The notes under the pieces: model-generated
Told to the model about the DNA's origin: nothing
Database searches by the model: none
What the model saw: only the letters and a program-made list of their open reading frames with translations
Translations under genes and position numbers: made by a program
Part shown: positions 10,512 to 20,725 of the stretch, piece after piece
How positions within the stretch are numbered: the first letter of the stretch is position 1
How the letters are laid out: every line of letters begins with the position of its first letter
NCBI GenBank assembly: GCA_036964385.1
Contig: JBALTK010000001.1
Location: forward strand, 1-49,143
Direction of reading: 5' to 3'
DNA: 49,143 bases
Source: Sulfitobacter sp.
Lineage (GTDB): Bacteria > Pseudomonadota > Alphaproteobacteria > Rhodobacterales > Rhodobacteraceae

Positions 10512-12686
10512 CTAAATCAGGAACATGTCGTCGGTGATCTCATTAAGAGCAGTGCCTGTGAAGGTGACCGTGACACCTTGATCCGCAAATACAGCCTGCC
10601 CGCTCACCTCACTCAGATGCGCGCGCACAGCGCTGACATTCGCATAGCCGAAGCCTTCAAAGCTCAGCACATCCCATGCCTCGAGATCCAGCACCTCATT
10701 GGTGCTTGCCACATTCGCTTCAAACACAAACATGTCCGACAACAGGCCGCCAGACAGGATGTTATTCCCGCCGCCTGCGGCAATCACATCATCGGTCCCT
10801 TGCGCCAAAACCCACGCAGTCACATCATCGCTGCTATTGTTGACGAATTCACGGCTTTGCGTGAAGAACTCCAAAACCTCGGCACGGCTGCTGCCACTGT
10901 CCAAAAGCGCGGTCCATTGAGCCAACCCGCTGGCATCTGCTCCACGGTCCAACACATTTTGGTACAGCAGTTCGACAAAGCTATCGTCGTCCAGATCACC
11001 ATAGGTCAGCTGGAACTCGGCTGATTCAACAAACCCCGATACAACATTGGTAAAATCGACACCTCTGCTTAATGTATCGACCCAGTTGGTGAACCCCTCT
11101 TCTTGTGGTGTTCGGTCCAATGTGGCGCGGTACAGGCGGAAGACATCGTCGCTCCACTCCTGTGGTGTGTGATCTTGGGTGAACTGTGCGGTTTGCGTAG
11201 CTGTCGTTTTTGTGAACTCCTGGCTTTGCGAAAAGCCAAGCACGGCCTCGGCACGTGTCATGCCGCCCTCATCAATCGCAGAAATCCAATTTGCACGGCC
11301 TTCCGCCGCCGCCTCACGGCCTAGAACATTCTGGAACAACAAGTCTACAAAGTCGCCAGTATCGACGTCACCGTAGGTCTTGATAAATTCCGCTGACAGA
11401 ACAAACCTTTTCGCAACATCAGATAGCGCCAGATCCCCCTCAAACAAAAGCTCGGTCCAGCTTGCGTGCCCCGCATGATCAGGGGTGCGGCCCAAAGCAG
11501 CCTGATACAAGCGGTACACTTGCGCAGAGATATCAGCCGCCAGCCCTGCCGAGAACCCGTCCGCGTAGATCGCATCATCCTGCGGACTCACCTCAGGCTC
11601 GATGTCAAAGATTACGGATTGGTCGTTAAAGATAATTGTCTCAATGTTGAGCAACGTGTCAGTGCCCACCCCCTCAGTGACAACCGTGACACCACCGTCT
11701 GTCTGCGTGATCGTGACATCCGCAAAGTTCAGATCATATAGAACCTGATCCGTCCCTGCCCCGCCATCGAGGGTGTTATCGCCCTTATTGCCCACCAGCA
11801 CATCGGCACCGTCATGGCCGGTCAAATCAATATCCCCCACACCGAGGGCCGTCAGACTGCCGGCGGCGCTGGTCAGGGTGGTATTGACCGAGGTGGTCAC
11901 ATCATCATCATTCACCAGATCAAGCTTGCCATTACCATCCGAGAGATCGACCAACAGGCCAATACTGCCCAGCGTCACAGCTACATCGGACGCGGCGGTA
12001 AGTGCGATGGCATAGCCGCCTGCCGTCTGGGTTCGGGTGGTTTGGCCTGCGGCCTGTATCTGCACCCCCGCACGCCCCTCACCGATCGAATAAAAATCAT
12101 CATTGTCGCTGTCAGTATAACTGACACCCGTTAGAAACACGTTCGACCCACTGACCGCAAAATTCTCGACAACCATGCTGGCATTGAAACTATTCGAGCC
12201 TGATGTGAACACACCTTCTGTTTGGGAAACACCAATTTCGCTGTAAAAATCATGCAGCATATTGACCCTGTGGCCCTCGCTCAGGAACAAGTCTCGATGG
12301 TGGCTTTCTTCCATCAAGCTATCAAGATCAATGGATCCTGTTGACCCACGGTAGGTTATGTTTTCACCGCTCGCATACCTGCCCGAAAAGTCATAGCCTG
12401 CGGCGGCCATACGGTCTCCGGGACTGGAGCCGTCGACGCCGGTATGGCTGAATGTATCTTCTTCCAGCATCCATGCACCATGTGCATCAGCCGCGTCATG
12501 CAGCAACTCATTGGGTGCCAGGACCTGCCGCGCGCTACCGTCCAGAGTGCCCGCTGCAAGACCTTCGTTCAGGTCAATGCCGAAACGTTCGGCCTCGCCT
12601 TCAGGATCAAGCCGCATGCGGTTGATCATTTCGATTAAGAGTTGTTCGGCTGCTGATAACATTGCGATTGACCTCATTACACTCAA
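10512..12686 (-). CDS. CAP (SCP) domain protein with RTX-like repeats and DUF4214 repeats
   Basis: CAP motifs INRMR..AHGAWM..FSHTG..GENI..SEGHRVNML..EIGV; GNKGDNTLDGGAGTD; DUF4214-like VYRLYQAALGRTPD and VFRLYRATLDRTP. Confidence 0.85.
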   Translation of the reverse strand: MSVMRSIAMLSAAEQLLIEMINRMRLDPEGEAERFGIDLNEGLAAGTLDGSARQVLAPNELLHDAADAHGAWMLEEDTFSHTGVDGSSPGDRMAAAGYDFSGRYASGENITYRGSTGSIDLDSLMEESHHRDLFLSEGHRVNMLHDFYSEIGVSQTEGVFTSGSNSFNASMVVENFAVSGSNVFLTGVSYTDSDNDDFYSIGEGRAGVQIQAAGQTTRTQTAGGYAIALTAASDVAVTLGSIGLLVDLSDGNGKLDLVNDDDVTTSVNTTLTSAAGSLTALGVGDIDLTGHDGADVLVGNKGDNTLDGGAGTDQVLYDLNFADVTITQTDGGVTVVTEGVGTDTLLNIETIIFNDQSVIFDIEPEVSPQDDAIYADGFSAGLAADISAQVYRLYQAALGRTPDHAGHASWTELLFEGDLALSDVAKRFVLSAEFIKTYGDVDTGDFVDLLFQNVLGREAAAEGRANWISAIDEGGMTRAEAVLGFSQSQEFTKTTATQTAQFTQDHTPQEWSDDVFRLYRATLDRTPQEEGFTNWVDTLSRGVDFTNVVSGFVESAEFQLTYGDLDDDSFVELLYQNVLDRGADASGLAQWTALLDSGSSRAEVLEFFTQSREFVNNSSDDVTAWVLAQGTDDVIAAGGGNNILSGGLLSDMFVFEANVASTNEVLDLEAWDVLSFEGFGYANVSAVRAHLSEVSGQAVFADQGVTVTFTGTALNEITDDMFLI

Positions 12687-12819
12687 CGTACATCCGACTT
12701 ATTAAGAAATGTCGGGCATTGCATCCCTAGGTCCCAATCAGGGCAAGATTACGCCCAATCTGGGTTGGTTTGAGGATGTTTTGGCAATCATCCGCCGTTG
12801 GGATGCTGCAGCGACCACG

Positions 12820-15528
12820 TCAAACGTCAAAAATATTATCAGTCTCCAGCATGGCTAGCTCAACATCCAGCAGGCGCACTTGCACGCCTTGATCGGCAAA
12901 AACCACATCGTCACCGTCCTGCACCATATGCGCACGAACATCATCAGCGTCGTCAAACCCGAAGCCTTCAAAGGAAAGCTGGTCCCAGACTTCAAGATCC
13001 GCCACTTCGTGCTGCCCGCCTTCGGCAACATCAAAGACAAAACTGTCTGCCCACATGCCACCCAACAGCACGTTATTCCCGCTGCCACCTTCCAGCACAT
13101 CTTCCCATCCCTGACCTTTCACCCAACTCGTCAGAGACGCGACACTCTTGGTGGTAAATTCCTTACTTTGAGAGAATGCGGCCACTACCTCCCCGCGCGA
13201 CCAATCCCGTGAAAGCGCGCCCATCCAGTTTGCCAATCCGCTTGTATCGGCCTCTCTGTCGAGCACATTGCGGTAGAGTTGCTGGACAAACATACCATCG
13301 CCCAGATCGCCGTAGGTTTTGAGGAATTCCTTGCTGTTCGCAAAGCCCTCAGCAGCCCGTTGGATGGTCATCCCGTCGGTCAGTGCTTCGGTCCAGTTTT
13401 CCAACCCCTGCCGATCGGGGGCCCGATCAAAGGTGGCCTGATACAGACGGTACACATCATCCAGCCAGCCACTCTGCTGGCCTTCCAGACTCATCTGAAC
13501 GGCACCGCCCGACGATACAATCTGGAACTCCTTACTTTCCGAGAACCCTACAACAACCTCCGCCCGTGTTGCCCCCCCCGCCAGAAAGTTGGTCCAGTTT
13601 TGCAGGCCACTCTCTGCGGGCGTGCGGCCCAACACGTTGTTGAACAAGAGCGTGACAAAGGTCTCGTCGGTGACATCCCCATAGGTGCGCCCGAACTCGG
13701 CCGAGCGGACAAACCCGTCAGCCGCCTCAAGCAGGCTGCGCTCGCCCTCCAATATGGCGTTAGCCCAGTTTTTCTGCCCCTGCACATCAGGTGTCCGGTT
13801 CAACGTCGCGAGATACAGTCGGTACACGGTCGCTGCGACAGGATCAAAATCCTCATCCCACTGACCGCCCAACAGCAGGTCATTGCCTGCACCACCTTCG
13901 ATGGTGTCTGCCCCGCTACCGCCCGAGATTGTATCGGCCCCCCTGTCTCCGAGGATCATGTCACGCCCTGATGTTCCGACAAGTTGCTGGTCCCCCTTCG
14001 GCAAATCCTGCGTGGAGATGTGCCAAAGGTCGGTGAAATCGGAATAATGGAAATCGTCTTCATAAAGCCTGACATTGCCGACCGTTTTGAGGACCACAGT
14101 TTCACCATTGAACGAAATGCGCGCGCCGCTACCGGTGGATTGGAACTCAAGCGCCTCCATCGCATAAAACCGCCCCATTGCCGACAGATCAATGCGGTCC
14201 ACGCCGATCTCGAAATCTTCGATGCTGTCATTCTCGCCGTCAGCGCCCAGCACAAAAATATCAGCACCAGCTCCGCCCCACATGCGGTCACTGCCTGACC
14301 CGTCGATGATAATGTCCGCGCCACCTGCCCCCCTCACCTGATCATCGCCAGCACCACCAGATATCTGGTCCGCGCCCTGCGTCCCCGTCAGTCGATCATC
14401 GCCTGCTCCACCCTCTATGATCTCCCCGCGAATGCCCCCTGCATTGGGGTCAATCAGAAACCGCCCGATCGCAGAGGCGCCAAAACTGTTGTCAGTCAGC
14501 CCCGCCGTGTAAAGTGCGATACTCCCGTTCTGCGCCACCAGCTTGATACCCTCAGGATTGCTCAATGCAGTTCCTAAACCATCTGCAATCGTCTCCAGAT
14601 GCAAAAGCCGCCCCGTCGGCAGCAGCGTCATCAACGACAATCCGTCATCCGCCCCCCCCGCTACAACAAAGGCGCGGTCATTCATCACAATCGTTTCCAA
14701 CACCGATATCGACTGGAAGCGTGTGTTGAGATCGTCATTCACCTGATCTGTGGCGCGCAACGTGCCATTGGGCGCAACTGAAATCACGGAAATGGATGAC
14801 GTCCCCGCTGCCCCCACCAATATATATTGCTGCCCCCCCACGTTAAGCTGCGCCAGTTGCGTAGGCATCGCCACCCCTAGGCCGCCTTGCATATCAAGGC
14901 TGTCGACCAGACGTGTTGTGCCGTCGTTATTCACTTGGAAGTTATAGATACCGTGCCCCTCGGCACTTACCGCCATAAGGTAATTACGCCCCCCCATGGC
15001 CACATGTTCGAGCGCAAAAATATCATTCCCTGTTTCCTGCAACGCCACACTGACTTGGCGTACTTCGTGCAGCCCGCCATCCGCCCCCAGACGCCAAGCG
15101 GTGATGCCCGCCTCCCCGCGCGAAGCCGAGAAAAAGAAATCCTGCCCCCCTATGGTCACCATTTCCATCGCGGTCATCGCTTCGACCCGTGGACCTGCCA
15201 GATTAAATTGGCCCGTAATCAGCCCAGTCTCACCCAGCCAGAAACCACTGATCCCCGATTGTGCAGGCCCGCTGAGCAGCAAAGCTTCGCGCCCACCCAA
15301 AGTTGCACGGTGCAACTGCGCCTCCGCCCCCAATCCCGCGGTAGGCGTATAAAACGCTTCGTCCAGAACAACACCGTCGACGTTGCGCACCAATATACCA
15401 CCATCACGGCCACTTGCGCTGTAGGTACGCAGCCCCGCAGACGTATGCGCGATCTCGATGTCCGTTACACCCGTCACATGCGTATCCGGCCCCCTCGACG
15501 ACGTGCCTATATGTCGAATATATCCCAT
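12820..15528 (-). CDS. secreted beta-propeller / RTX Ca-binding repeat / DUF4214 protein
   Basis: Tandem GGxGxD nonapeptides (GGAGDDRLT, GGAGDDQVR, GGAGADIFV, GGSGADTIE, GGAGNDLLL); two DUF4214 blocks; start moved to ATG 15528 because GGAGG precedes it (ORF track start 15576). Confidence 0.8.
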   Translation of the reverse strand: MGYIRHIGTSSRGPDTHVTGVTDIEIAHTSAGLRTYSASGRDGGILVRNVDGVVLDEAFYTPTAGLGAEAQLHRATLGGREALLLSGPAQSGISGFWLGETGLITGQFNLAGPRVEAMTAMEMVTIGGQDFFFSASRGEAGITAWRLGADGGLHEVRQVSVALQETGNDIFALEHVAMGGRNYLMAVSAEGHGIYNFQVNNDGTTRLVDSLDMQGGLGVAMPTQLAQLNVGGQQYILVGAAGTSSISVISVAPNGTLRATDQVNDDLNTRFQSISVLETIVMNDRAFVVAGGADDGLSLMTLLPTGRLLHLETIADGLGTALSNPEGIKLVAQNGSIALYTAGLTDNSFGASAIGRFLIDPNAGGIRGEIIEGGAGDDRLTGTQGADQISGGAGDDQVRGAGGADIIIDGSGSDRMWGGAGADIFVLGADGENDSIEDFEIGVDRIDLSAMGRFYAMEALEFQSTGSGARISFNGETVVLKTVGNVRLYEDDFHYSDFTDLWHISTQDLPKGDQQLVGTSGRDMILGDRGADTISGGSGADTIEGGAGNDLLLGGQWDEDFDPVAATVYRLYLATLNRTPDVQGQKNWANAILEGERSLLEAADGFVRSAEFGRTYGDVTDETFVTLLFNNVLGRTPAESGLQNWTNFLAGGATRAEVVVGFSESKEFQIVSSGGAVQMSLEGQQSGWLDDVYRLYQATFDRAPDRQGLENWTEALTDGMTIQRAAEGFANSKEFLKTYGDLGDGMFVQQLYRNVLDREADTSGLANWMGALSRDWSRGEVVAAFSQSKEFTTKSVASLTSWVKGQGWEDVLEGGSGNNVLLGGMWADSFVFDVAEGGQHEVADLEVWDQLSFEGFGFDDADDVRAHMVQDGDDVVFADQGVQVRLLDVELAMLETDNIFDV

Positions 15529-15737
15529 GACCCCTCCGGAATTGTCTCCGGACAGTCCAGTGGCGAGGCGGCGCATTGCGGCGCGGGCTTACGGCAGGTT
15601 TATGGCTTTTAGATCAGGTTTTGCGGAGTATTTCGCTTTATTAGTCTCATAATTTAAGGAAACCCCGCATGTGTATCTCGGCCCGCCCTTGAGAGCACCC
15701 ATTGCAGTGCAACAGCTTTTGCTGCACCACTGCGCCC

Positions 15738-16670
15738 ATGTCGGACGTCACCTCCCTCCCCCGCGTTACCATCGCACTTGCCACCTATAACGGGGCGGCC
15801 CACCTAGAGGCTCAACTGGCCTCTTATGTCGCACAAACGCATGCAAACTGGGATCTGTGGGTCAGTGATGACGGATCGCACGATGCAACCCGAACAATCC
15901 TCGAAAATTTTGCTGCACAGCACGGAATGGGGCGCGACATCCGCATTCTGGACGGACCGCGCGCAGGGGTGGCGACAAACTTTCTCACGCTGCTCTGCCA
16001 CCCCGGCCTGCCCAAACAGCCCGTTGCCCTTTCAGATCAGGATGATGTCTGGTTACCAGAAAAGCTTGCTCTTGGTCTGGCTGAAATGGGCACTGACGAA
16101 CCTGTCATCTACGGCGCGCAAAGCATCCACACCGATGACACGCTCACCCCCATCGGCAAAAGTCTGGGCGGCGGTGTCACACCCAGCTTTGGCAATGCCG
16201 TGACACAGAACATCGTGAGCGGGCATTCATGTATGCTCAACCCTGCTGCACTTGCTGTGGTCAGGCGTGCTGGCGTGCCTGCAGGCATCCCCTATCATGA
16301 CTGGTGGCTTTATCAGCTTATCACAGGGGTCGGCGGGCATGTGGCCTTATCCAGCGATGCTGTCTTACTCTACCGTCAGCACGGCCGTAACGCGATGGGA
16401 TCGCATCAAGGCCTGCGTGCATTGGCGACCCGTACAGCACAGGTTTTCGGTGGCACTTACCGCGAATGGATCATGGCAAACACTACCGCTTTGGCCCATT
16501 TAGAGTCTACTTTGACACCCGAAGCACAAGAAATACTAGCAGCGCTCAAAGCAACACCACCACGTGCCGGGTTCGCCCGTATCGCTGTGTTCCGACGGTA
16601 CGGGGTGCGCCGTACAGGGCGGGTCGGCAACCTGCTTTTGAACCTGGCCCTATTGTTGGGGCGCGTTTAA
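15738..16670 (+). CDS. GT2 glycosyltransferase (rhamnosyltransferase-like)
   Basis: IALATYNG, SDDGS, SDQDDVWLPEKL, HDWW, YRQH motifs; ATG at 15738 preferred over TTG at 15702. Confidence 0.9.
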   Translation: MSDVTSLPRVTIALATYNGAAHLEAQLASYVAQTHANWDLWVSDDGSHDATRTILENFAAQHGMGRDIRILDGPRAGVATNFLTLLCHPGLPKQPVALSDQDDVWLPEKLALGLAEMGTDEPVIYGAQSIHTDDTLTPIGKSLGGGVTPSFGNAVTQNIVSGHSCMLNPAALAVVRRAGVPAGIPYHDWWLYQLITGVGGHVALSSDAVLLYRQHGRNAMGSHQGLRALATRTAQVFGGTYREWIMANTTALAHLESTLTPEAQEILAALKATPPRAGFARIAVFRRYGVRRTGRVGNLLLNLALLLGRV

Positions 16671-17324
16671 CGCCGCCATATTCTTTGAATGCGCGATGAT
16701 CCCCTGTTCGACATTATCGTAATAGGTAAGCCTGCCATTATTCAGCACAGCCGTTGCATCACATAGCTCGCGGACCTGCTGCATGGAGTGGGTCACAACA
16801 ACAGCCCCCGCACGCTTCATCCGCTCTTTGAACACCATATGTGAACGCGCACGAAACGCCGCATCCCCCACAGCCGTAACTTCATCGACCAGATAGGTAT
16901 CAAATCCGATCCCCATCGACACCCCAAAGGCCAAGCGTGATTTCATCCCCGAAGAATAGCTTCGGAAGGGCAAATGAAAGTGAACACCCAGTCCTGCAAA
17001 ATCCTCGACAAAGTCGACCAACTCATCCGTGTCCACACCATAGATACGGGCCACAAATCGTGCATTCTGCGCGCCGCTCAATTCGGGATGGAACGACCCT
17101 GCATAGCCAACAGGAAAAGAAATAGCCCCCGTAGAGATGATCCGGCCTGATGTCGGCGTCAATGTACCCGCAATCATCTGTAGCATGGTGGATTTACCCG
17201 CCCCATTTTGCCCCAGCAGCCCAACAGAGCGGCCAGTCGGAAAAGTGAGATTGATGTTCTGCGCGACCACCTTACGCTTGCCCTCAAGCGCGAAAACTTT
17301 GGTTACGTTTTCAAATCTGATCAT
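16650..17324 (-). CDS. kpsT: capsular polysaccharide ABC exporter ATP-binding subunit
   Basis: Walker A GQNGAGKST, signature YSSGMKSRLAF, Walker B YLVDEVTAVGD; ATG at 17324 directly follows kpsE. Confidence 0.93.
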   Translation of the reverse strand: MIRFENVTKVFALEGKRKVVAQNINLTFPTGRSVGLLGQNGAGKSTMLQMIAGTLTPTSGRIISTGAISFPVGYAGSFHPELSGAQNARFVARIYGVDTDELVDFVEDFAGLGVHFHLPFRSYSSGMKSRLAFGVSMGIGFDTYLVDEVTAVGDAAFRARSHMVFKERMKRAGAVVVTHSMQQVRELCDATAVLNNGRLTYYDNVEQGIIAHSKNMAALNAPQQ

Positions 17325-17329
17325 GCCGG

Positions 17330-18616
17330 TTAGCGTCGATCGCGGACCGAGTAGACCACGAGGATCATCACCGACCATATCAAAAACAAGAAAAGCGATA
17401 CCAGAGCAAACAACGTCAGGCGCTTAGGGTACTCAGGTGTTTCCGCCTCGGTGGGCTGCATATATGCCGCCAGATATCGCGACTTTCGGCGCGCTTCGGC
17501 AAGGGCTGCATCATAGTTAGCCAAGGCCGAGACATAGGAGTTTTCCGCAAACTCACGGTCCACTACAAGCCGCTCATAATCGCCCAAAAGATCTGCAAAT
17601 GCGGTACCATCTTCTCCAGCCCCGCCAACACCCAGTTTCTTGCGTTCTTCACTGATGCGGTTCTCGATCACGGCGATCCGTCTGGTCAGCTGGGTAAGCC
17701 GTGGATCCGTCTCTCCCACCGTCCCTTTCAGCAGATCCAGTTCGATCAACGACTGTGCTTGCTGGCTTTGCAAGTTCCCCAACAAGCCAGCCTGCATTTG
17801 GATATCTACTTCGGGATTCACAATTTGGTTCTTGTTGCGAAACAACGTCACAACAGCACGTGCATCTTTGAGCCGCTCCAGCGCTTCATCCAGTTCCTCG
17901 CCCGCATAGCGGATCGCATCCTGCCGCGCGATATCGCTGAGCTCGTTGATCATTCGAGAGCTGCGGTCGAGCAAGGTCTGCGAAATGCTTGTTGCATCCT
18001 CAGCCGAAAACGCCAGCACTTCCACTTCGATCAAGCCTGAGCCTGAACCATAAGAAACCCGCACCATCCGGTTCCAATAGGCCACCAGCTCTTCAATGGA
18101 GGCGTCTTCTTTCAGCGCAAAGACAACGTCATGGCTGGGGCCAGACCATATCCTCTTTAGGTCCAACTCTTCGTTGATGTCGGACACCAGTTTCTGGCTC
18201 TGGATAAATTCATACAAAATATCTGTATCAGACGAGCTCGACCCTGAAAGACTGCTCAACCCGCCCAGCACCTCCAATGCAGAGCTCGTATCTTCACGGC
18301 GCACCGAAAACCCGACTTTGGATGCATATTGATCCACCGCAACCGCCATCAGGTAAAGCCCGGTGCCGATACTTGGCACACCAACAAACAGCAAAAAGCT
18401 AAGCAAGGTGAGCCAGTGGCGCAGTTGTGCTCGCGCGGACGGAGCAGGCGCGCGCACCTTCGGCTGCGCGGCAGCTGGTTGTTGCTGTGCAGGCTTGGGC
18501 GCTACGGCGGCCGGTTTAGCCCCCCCTGCCGGACCTGGCGGGTGTGCTGGTTTAGGAGCCGGCTTTGGAGCTTCCTGCGGCGGTACAGGCTTGTTGCGTA
18601 TCGGCTGCTCTGGCAC
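17330..18616 (-). CDS. kpsE: capsular polysaccharide export polysaccharide co-polymerase (KpsE/RkpR family)
   Basis: Two TM segments flanking a coiled-coil periplasmic region; DILYEFIQS; C-terminal PEYPKR+TM; Pro/Ala-rich N-terminal extension. Confidence 0.88.
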   Translation of the reverse strand: MPEQPIRNKPVPPQEAPKPAPKPAHPPGPAGGAKPAAVAPKPAQQQPAAAQPKVRAPAPSARAQLRHWLTLLSFLLFVGVPSIGTGLYLMAVAVDQYASKVGFSVRREDTSSALEVLGGLSSLSGSSSSDTDILYEFIQSQKLVSDINEELDLKRIWSGPSHDVVFALKEDASIEELVAYWNRMVRVSYGSGSGLIEVEVLAFSAEDATSISQTLLDRSSRMINELSDIARQDAIRYAGEELDEALERLKDARAVVTLFRNKNQIVNPEVDIQMQAGLLGNLQSQQAQSLIELDLLKGTVGETDPRLTQLTRRIAVIENRISEERKKLGVGGAGEDGTAFADLLGDYERLVVDREFAENSYVSALANYDAALAEARRKSRYLAAYMQPTEAETPEYPKRLTLFALVSLFLFLIWSVMILVVYSVRDRR

Positions 18617-18710
18617 GCCTGACCCTCCTTGAAAATGATGCAGTTATGAATCTTACTTCGTCTTACATGCTATGGTAATCCGATGCCAGAAGTCAGATAG
18701 TCGGCCTGAA

Positions 18711-19517
18711 ATGAAAAACGCCCCTGCCCAATCCCCTATTGTGCCAAACCGGCGCTCTTTTGCGACCACCCGCGCTATTATGGCGCTGATGTTGCGTGAA
18801 ATGGCCACGAGCTATGGCCGCTCGCCTGGCGGATACATTTGGGCGATATTAGAGCCGGTCGCAGGCATCGCTCTGCTCTCTGCGGTGTTTTCCGCCGCAT
18901 TCAGGAACCCGCCGTTGGGCATCAGCTTTCCGGTATTTTATGCAACTGGCATGATGCCGTTTATCATGTTCAACGATATTCAAGGGAAAGTCGCCAGCGC
19001 CCTTATGTATTCCAAACAACTTCTGACCTATCCGACAGTCACATTTGTCGACGCACTTCTGGCACGGTTCTTTCTGAATGCGATCACCCAGTTGTTGGTG
19101 GCATATTTGATTTTTACGATCAGCCTGATGACTTTCGAGACGCGCGTGACGCTAGACCTGCCCGTGATATTTATGGGGTTTGCTCTCGCTGCCTTCTTGG
19201 GGTTTGGCATTGGCACACTCAATGCGTACATGTTCACCCGCTTTCAGGCCTATCAGCGCGCTTGGTCTATCATGATGCGCCCTATGTTCTTAATTTCATG
19301 TATCTTTTTTCTCTTCGAGACGATCCCCAGCCCTTATCAGGATTGGCTGTGGTACAACCCAATGGTGCATCTCACGGGCCTTATGCGCAGCGGATTTTAC
19401 GGAACTTATGACGCAGATTATGTCTCTATCGTCTACCTTTTAGGTGTGTCCATAGCTGCTCTGGCCATGGGACTCTTACTGCTCCGTCGCAATTATCAGG
19501 ACTTGCTCTCCCGCTAA
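18711..19517 (+). CDS. kpsM: capsular polysaccharide ABC exporter permease
   Basis: ALMLREMATSYGRSPGGYIWAILEP, about six TM helices, WLWYNPMVHL; divergent from kpsE-kpsT. Confidence 0.92.
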   Translation: MKNAPAQSPIVPNRRSFATTRAIMALMLREMATSYGRSPGGYIWAILEPVAGIALLSAVFSAAFRNPPLGISFPVFYATGMMPFIMFNDIQGKVASALMYSKQLLTYPTVTFVDALLARFFLNAITQLLVAYLIFTISLMTFETRVTLDLPVIFMGFALAAFLGFGIGTLNAYMFTRFQAYQRAWSIMMRPMFLISCIFFLFETIPSPYQDWLWYNPMVHLTGLMRSGFYGTYDADYVSIVYLLGVSIAALAMGLLLLRRNYQDLLSR

Positions 19518-20716
19518 GCCTTTCGAAAATTACGCATTTTCAGAACAAGCCTGAGGGCCTGGCGTTCCCACAGCGGCAGAACCTTTGTGCGCACAGCTGC
19601 ATCCGCTGCCAAGAGCTTTTCCAAGACAACTATTGTGATGGCATCCCATTCTTGAATGCTGGCACCTTGATCCAGAGGGGCAGGACATTCGGGCGGCGGT
19701 AATCCTGCTTTGTCACATGCACGGACAGCCCCCGCACACAAAGCCTCGTACAAAGGCACGCAATAGGCCGGATCATTCAGACCTGTTACGCCCTTTCGTA
19801 TATCAGCATGGTAGGGGCGCTCATCGGTCCACCGCGGATCTGTCAGCAAATCTTCTATGTCTTCTGGTTCAAGCGTCTCTTTGAAGACGCGCAGACTGCG
19901 CATGCTTACCTTCCGCAACTTTTGGACATGACGCGTTCCAACGGCCCAAAGCTTCTCGCTCAGGACTGGCGGACACCACCGTTGCACAATGAACTCATTG
20001 GCGCCCTCATGCCCGGTTGGACGATATTTGCGGTTACGCATGAGAAACCCGATCAACGCAGGCGATGACGACACATTACTTTGACGCTCACCCTCCAGAT
20101 CCAGATCATAAAGCGTTGCAAATTTTGCAAGCACATCTGGCCGTTGACTGCGCACAATAATTCGAACATTTGGAATTTTCGCCCAAGCAGCGATGTCATC
20201 TGCGAAACTATAGGGCATATTACTGCGGGCCATCCAACCATCCAGTTGATGATTACTCCAAACCCCCCACTGCCAGAATGCGGCGTTCATCCAATCCACT
20301 ACAGGCCGTAGAAAAACAACAACATCCACCGGCGGATGATCCCACTCCGCCAGATTTTCTCCGAATGTATTCGCGTGGTTGATCCATCCCTCACACGACA
20401 GGATCGGCACATGGCCTTCCCGCTGCCCTTGCTGCAGCACTTTGCGCATCGTGTCGAAATACTTTGGCACAGACTGCGCACGCGCCAGATTAGGCCAAGT
20501 AATGTATCCATATGCGGACATCTTCGCCAAATTGGTCAGGCGGGTACCATGCTCAACCCGCCACTTCCCCCCCAGAGAATGGGCTGCAGTGTAGCGGTAT
20601 TGCGTACCATCGGCTGCGCGCAGGTCAGGTGTCATGCTGAGCGCTGTTTGCAGAGCAGAGCTCCCGCATTTAGGAGCGCCGATGTGCAATATCATGTGGG
20701 GTTTGCGTGGTGTCAC
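19514..20716 (-). CDS. sulfotransferase-fold (P-loop) protein
   Basis: LHIGAPKCGSSALQ (5'-PSB-like loop), ILSCEG, VVVFLRPVVDWMNAAFWQ (3'-PB-like, Ser replaced). Confidence 0.6.
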   Translation of the reverse strand: MTPRKPHMILHIGAPKCGSSALQTALSMTPDLRAADGTQYRYTAAHSLGGKWRVEHGTRLTNLAKMSAYGYITWPNLARAQSVPKYFDTMRKVLQQGQREGHVPILSCEGWINHANTFGENLAEWDHPPVDVVVFLRPVVDWMNAAFWQWGVWSNHQLDGWMARSNMPYSFADDIAAWAKIPNVRIIVRSQRPDVLAKFATLYDLDLEGERQSNVSSSPALIGFLMRNRKYRPTGHEGANEFIVQRWCPPVLSEKLWAVGTRHVQKLRKVSMRSLRVFKETLEPEDIEDLLTDPRWTDERPYHADIRKGVTGLNDPAYCVPLYEALCAGAVRACDKAGLPPPECPAPLDQGASIQEWDAITIVVLEKLLAADAAVRTKVLPLWERQALRLVLKMRNFRKA

Positions 20717-20725
20717 AGAGGGTCC

